From Candidatus Bathyarchaeia archaeon (GTDB lineage: Archaea; Thermoproteota; Bathyarchaeia; Bathyarchaeales; Bathycorpusculaceae): a DNA stretch of 64,000 nucleotides. Under the pieces are notes generated by a model. That model was not told the DNA's origin, made no database searches, and saw only the letters and a program-made list of their open reading frames with translations. This document shows, in pieces, positions 59,811 to 64,000 of the stretch. Positions within the stretch are counted from its first letter, which is position 1. The number at the start of each line of letters is the position of its first letter. A program made the translations under genes and the position numbers. The DNA lies in NCBI GenBank assembly GCA_050015395.1, contig JBEKBM010000014.1, positions 1 to 64,000 of the forward strand, in the 5' to 3' direction.

Positions 59811-60311
59811 TTGAATGAAATGAGATTAAATACTAAAAAATTGGCAGTTGTTACTGTTTTTGCCGCTTTGTATGCGGTTGGAGTTATTTTTTTGGCGCCG
59901 ATAAGTTTTGGGATCGGTCAAGTGAGGGTTGCTGATGCGTTGTTGCCGTTGTCGATGATTTTTGGGCTCCCAAGCGCCTTGGGCTTTAGTTTGGGCTGCA
60001 TAGTTTCTAATGTTTATGGCGGGCTTGGAATGATTGATATTGTTGGCGGTGCAGGTGCAAATCTTGTTGCTTGCACTTTAGCTTGGTATATTGGACGTAA
60101 GGGGAGGGGTGCTCAGCGGTTTCTGGGAACTGTTGCAGAAACAGTAGCCGTTGGTTTGATTGTTGGAGGATACCTCTCACTGATATTTCAGGTTCCTGTG
60201 GAAATCAGTCTCTTAGGATTATTTATTGGCGAAACGATAGCGATAAACCTTATAGGTTTTCCCCTGGAAGAAGCTATAAGGCGTAGCAAAATTTTTAGAA
60301 AATACAGCTAG
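59811..60311 (+). CDS. queT: QueT-family queuosine-precursor transporter (ECF S component)
   Basis: AALY......APISFG..QVRVADAL, LGC.VSN..G..G..D...G. Likely start ATG 59820. Confidence 0.9.
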   Translation: MNEMRLNTKKLAVVTVFAALYAVGVIFLAPISFGIGQVRVADALLPLSMIFGLPSALGFSLGCIVSNVYGGLGMIDIVGGAGANLVACTLAWYIGRKGRGAQRFLGTVAETVAVGLIVGGYLSLIFQVPVEISLLGLFIGETIAINLIGFPLEEAIRRSKIFRKYS

Positions 60312-60338
60312 AAGCTTAATTGTTCGAGAGAGAATGGG

Positions 60339-60457
60339 ATTTTGTTCAGGTTGTTTTGGGTTGCTTTTTTGGGGCAGGACTTGACGTGTTTGCAGGTTAC
60401 GTCTAGATTCGATTCTACGCGTCAGGGGGCGTCAAAGAACCCATTATGATGCGATTA
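60339..60457 (+). repeat. Element D: conserved leader plus degenerate 4 x 10-bp CGTCA array plus start relic
   Basis: attttgttcaggttgttttgggttgcttttttggggcagg...gtgtttgcaggttacgtc. Cores at 60400, 410, 420 and 430, then atgcgattaa (compare atgccgttaa). Confidence 0.85.
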
Positions 60458-60754
60458 AGGGCGAGCAGTCAAGAGAAAAATGCTGTATTAGAAGCCGTGT
60501 AAAGCATTGTCCATTGAGCCGACTAAAGTATTCAAGGAATAATAGATAGACAAGCTTGCAACTTGTTAGGGCATTAGTTTTGTTTTTTTGGTTACAAAAA
60601 TTGGAGACTTCTTGTTGATTTCATTATGAAGCCGCACTTTATTACTGTTGTTTGAGAGCTATAGCAAATTGCTGCTGTTGAGAATAGTTGGTAATGTGCA
60701 TAAGGTTTATGTATGTATTCAAAATGTATACAGATATGTTGGTTGAGTATCTGC

Positions 60755-61027
60755 ATGGAAGAAGTAGTGACATCCCGGGTTTCCGAAGAACTTGTAAAGA
60801 AGGTTGATCAAGCAGTTTCCAGAGGCTACTTCAAAAGCAGAAGTGAGGCTCTAAGAATAATTATAGAAGAATACCTAAAAGAGCATCCTGAACTATTTTT
60901 AGGCGACAAGGTTCAAGAATTGATCATGAAGGCGCCTGCCTTGGGCGATGAGGAGCTGGAACAAGTTGGCGCTAAACTGTTCAAAGGTATCAGCGTAGCT
61001 AAACTTGTGGCTGAAGGACGAGCTTAA
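60755..61027 (+). CDS. vapB: Ribbon-helix-helix antitoxin
   Basis: VVTSRVSEELVKKVD..V..G.FKSRSEALR; VAEGR tail; overlaps the PIN gene. Confidence 0.85.
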   Translation: MEEVVTSRVSEELVKKVDQAVSRGYFKSRSEALRIIIEEYLKEHPELFLGDKVQELIMKAPALGDEELEQVGAKLFKGISVAKLVAEGRA

Positions 61028-61554
61028 TGCTGCTCTATTTGGACACCAACGTTATCTTGGCAAGGTATGCCCCAAATGAATCGCAGCATGACAAAGCGAA
61101 AACGCTTCTCAGTAAAGTAGAGACGGGAGAGCTGTCTGCTGTGACTTCTGTATTAACTTTAGTGGAAGTGGTTTGCGCTACAGGCAGGGCTTATGAAAGG
61201 TTCGGTGACAAAGCGGAAGCGTTAGGGCGAGAAGAGGTAGCTGGAGCTTTCCTTCGAAGAGTCATAAATATCAAAAAGTTGGAGTTTATTCCCATGGGCG
61301 GCGAAGCCTCATTTAACGTTAATGATCGACGTGTGAAGCTTCCAGCATTATTTGCGTTGGCTCTGGAGATAGGTTCAAAGACGGGTCTCAAAACCTTGGA
61401 TACACTCCATCTGGCTTCAGCCTCTATAGCGTCGCGGATTTATGGAAGCAAAATTGATTATTTTGTAACTTTAGACGAGGACATGTTAAAACGACGCGAA
61501 GATATAAGCAGCTTGATAGAAAGCAGAGTTGTTTCACCAGCTGATAAGTTTTAA
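61027..61554 (+). CDS. vapC: PIN-domain toxin
   Basis: LYLDTNV, TSVLTLVE, KTLDTLHLASA, FVTLD. Confidence 0.9.
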   Translation: MLLYLDTNVILARYAPNESQHDKAKTLLSKVETGELSAVTSVLTLVEVVCATGRAYERFGDKAEALGREEVAGAFLRRVINIKKLEFIPMGGEASFNVNDRRVKLPALFALALEIGSKTGLKTLDTLHLASASIASRIYGSKIDYFVTLDEDMLKRREDISSLIESRVVSPADKF

Positions 61555-62001
61555 AAATCATTTTTTTAGATTTAGTCAATGCAAGCCATGCCTGCAACAA
61601 GCATTATAGTTTAATTTGCTCCTCAGCCTTTTCAAGAGAACTCTCGGTTTTCCATCGTGATTAAGGCAGAGATTAAAATGGTGGTATCAATACCGGCAGG
61701 GTAAGATCAAAGTTGTACGGTGGAACCGCTTCAATCTTAACGGAATATGCTTCTTCCAAGTTCAAAATGAAACCCTCTAGCAATGTTAATTCAAAGAGGT
61801 TTCTGACATAAAAAATTAAACCTACAATGCCTGTATCAATTTCTGTGGAAGGAAATTTTTGAGTAAAAAGTGATTAAGAATTTCAATAGTAGTTCTGAAT
61901 AATGCGTAATGCTTTTAAGAATGGCGCGTTTAACTGCAAAATATACTGATCAGTCAGTCGAAAGTCTGGTAGTTTAGACATTTATCAGGGGCGTTTGAAA
62001 A

Positions 62002-63210
62002 ATGCAATATAGAACAGTTCCAAAAAACGGCGATAAGTTGTCAGTTCTAGGATTTGGAACCATGCGGTTACCTTTAAAGGGACAAAACATCGATGAAGAA
62101 CGCGCAATAAAACAAATCCGCTATGCAATCGACAACGGCGTAAATTACGTTGACTCAGCCCCACCGTATCACAATGGCGAAAGCGAAAAATTGCTTGGAA
62201 AAGCTCTATTAGGCGGTTACCGTAAAAAAGTGAAAATCGCCACTAAACTTACGCCTTTTCTGCTAAATAAAGCCGAAGACATGGATAAAATGCTAAACAT
62301 GCAACTGAAAAAACTCCAAACAGATCATATTGACTATTACCTCCTACACGGGCTCGAAGAAGAATTTTGGAAAAAACTGCAAGGTTTTGGCGCTTTAGAA
62401 TTCTTAGAAAAAGCGAAAGCTGATGGAAAAATCATCAACATGGGTTTCTCATTTCACGGATCACTTAAAACTTTCAAAGAGATCATTCTTGCTAATGACT
62501 GGGCGATGTGTCAAATATTATACAATTTTCTAGATGAAAAATTGCAGGCTGGAACTGTAGGTCTAAAGTATGCTGCTTCAAAGAATCTTGCGGTTATGGT
62601 TATGGAGCCGCTTAGAGGCGGAACATTAGCTGGTAAGCTTCCAGATGAAGTTAAGCAATTTTATGATAACGCTAAAATTCAAAGATCTCCAGCTGAATGG
62701 GGTCTTCGCTGGGTCTGGAATCATCCGGAAGTAACGGTTGCTCTTTCAGGAATGAACGATGAAAATCATGTTGCCGAAAACATTAAAATCGCTGAGACCG
62801 CCCTGCCAGGCTCAATGAAAGCTGATGAAATAGCTATAATCAAAAATGTAGCTAAATCTTATAGGCGGCTCATGAAGGTTCCATGCACAGGCTGCCAATA
62901 TTGTATGCCTTGTCCTTCCGGAGTGAATATTCCCGCCAATTTCAGAATCTATAATGATTATTACATGTTCGGCGAGGAACAAAAATCACGTGCAATGTAT
63001 GCGATGATGTTAATGGGTGGCCTGAGTGGTAAACGGTCTGATGCTTCATTATGTAAAGAATGCAAAAAATGTATGGACCGCTGCCCACAGCATATTGCAA
63101 TCCCTGAACAACTTAAATCGGTTTTAAATGATCTTGGTGGCCCTAAAACAGAGGCGATGCTTGCCATGCGAAAAAGCGGGCATCCACAAAACCCAGCGAA
63201 ACCTGCATGA
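62002..63210 (+). CDS. Aldo/keto reductase with C-terminal 4Fe-4S dicluster
   Basis: LGFGTMRLP, DYYLLH, GFSFH, MEPLRGG, CTGCQYCMPCP, CKECKKCMDRCPQ. Confidence 0.93.
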   Translation: MQYRTVPKNGDKLSVLGFGTMRLPLKGQNIDEERAIKQIRYAIDNGVNYVDSAPPYHNGESEKLLGKALLGGYRKKVKIATKLTPFLLNKAEDMDKMLNMQLKKLQTDHIDYYLLHGLEEEFWKKLQGFGALEFLEKAKADGKIINMGFSFHGSLKTFKEIILANDWAMCQILYNFLDEKLQAGTVGLKYAASKNLAVMVMEPLRGGTLAGKLPDEVKQFYDNAKIQRSPAEWGLRWVWNHPEVTVALSGMNDENHVAENIKIAETALPGSMKADEIAIIKNVAKSYRRLMKVPCTGCQYCMPCPSGVNIPANFRIYNDYYMFGEEQKSRAMYAMMLMGGLSGKRSDASLCKECKKCMDRCPQHIAIPEQLKSVLNDLGGPKTEAMLAMRKSGHPQNPAKPA

Positions 63211-63760
63211 ACAGCGCGCGTTTGAGTGAATTGTTAATGGGTAATAATCGCATAGACGTTGCTTTCACTAAAGATATGTATGGTTCAAAGAGTAAAAACC
63301 GCATTTGGAGGCTGCACTGTTAAATCTGAGAAGAAATGACAGCTTTCTGTTCTATTTCTAAATAATTTTTCATTTGGAGGCATTTTGTGAGAGGCGAGGT
63401 TTTAGTTGGTTCTCGTGGAAGGAGAGCTTTTCAGTAGTGAAAATTTTGTAGGGGGAGGATAGAAAATACTGAGCAGAATAGCCGTATTATTGAATCCTAT
63501 CGTTTTTTTCAATGAGATAACCGAAAAAATAAACCAAGAGCGTAGAAAAAATCGTAGCATTAATCAATGTGACATGTTGATTACTCTCGCGAAGTAATAG
63601 TCGATCAGATGTTTTCCTTGATTTTGCAAAGTTTTGCGTGCGCGGCGGCGCTGAGAAATGAAATGGGAGAAAAAGATATTGCTTGAGCTAATGCAAAGAA
63701 TCGCTTCAGTAAACGTTAAATTTTGGTTAAGAGTGTCATTTTCTGTTAGGTGAAAAGGTA

Positions 63761-64000
63761 ATGCCGCAGGTTGAAAAGGCGCAGAGGTCTAAAGGAGCAA
63801 AAAAAGCGAACCTTAATACTGTTTTGGATGTTGCGAAAAAACGGGCGGAGGAGCTGGGAATCAGGTCGGTCATTGTAGCTTCCACCAAAGGAGAGACCGG
63901 GGTTAAGGCGGCGGAGATGTTTAGAGGCTATAATGTTGTGGTGGTAACGCATAGCACGGGTTTTAGTGGGCTGGACGTTCAGGAATTGACGCCGGAGAAT
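63761..64000 (+). CDS. Pyruvate-kinase C-terminal-like (COG1751-type) protein, partial
   Basis: Own translation MPQVEK...AKKRAEELGIRSVIVASTKGETG...VVVVTHSTGF; runs off the window end. Confidence 0.85.
   Translation, partial: MPQVEKAQRSKGAKKANLNTVLDVAKKRAEELGIRSVIVASTKGETGVKAAEMFRGYNVVVVTHSTGFSGLDVQELTPEN

Overview
Archaeal chromosomal window, most consistent with a Bathyarchaeia (TACK) genome. This is inferred from eukaryote-type topoisomerase IB, Ftr, aRF1, the MA1821/MA1822/UPF0280 homocysteine cluster and several NosD/beta-helix surface proteins. Core blocks are an ECF transporter, top1B, aRF1, ftr, homocysteine biosynthesis, carAB-argH-argG and thrC-hom-lysC. They alternate with accessory patches containing toxin-antitoxin modules, gene fragments, two copies of a 228-bp MITE-like element and tRNA-3'-end-like relics. 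No rRNA, complete tRNA, CRISPR array, integrase or intact transposase was seen. Three signals stand out. (1) A dispersed family of elements at four loci (five arrays), each with a conserved leader, a strictly 10-bp-phased direct-repeat array whose core differs between copies (GGGTAA, GCGACT, CGTCA), and a tandem-AbrB (MraZ-like) 'MPLT' gene or its relic, always near TA genes. (2) A compact preQ1-I-riboswitch-like pseudoknot directly upstream of queT, which would be unusual in Archaea. (3) A conserved GTTC-N8-GAAC-N5/6-GTTY promoter motif shared by three secreted-protein genes around a membrane-anchored wHTH regulator. All alignments and counts were done by eye.
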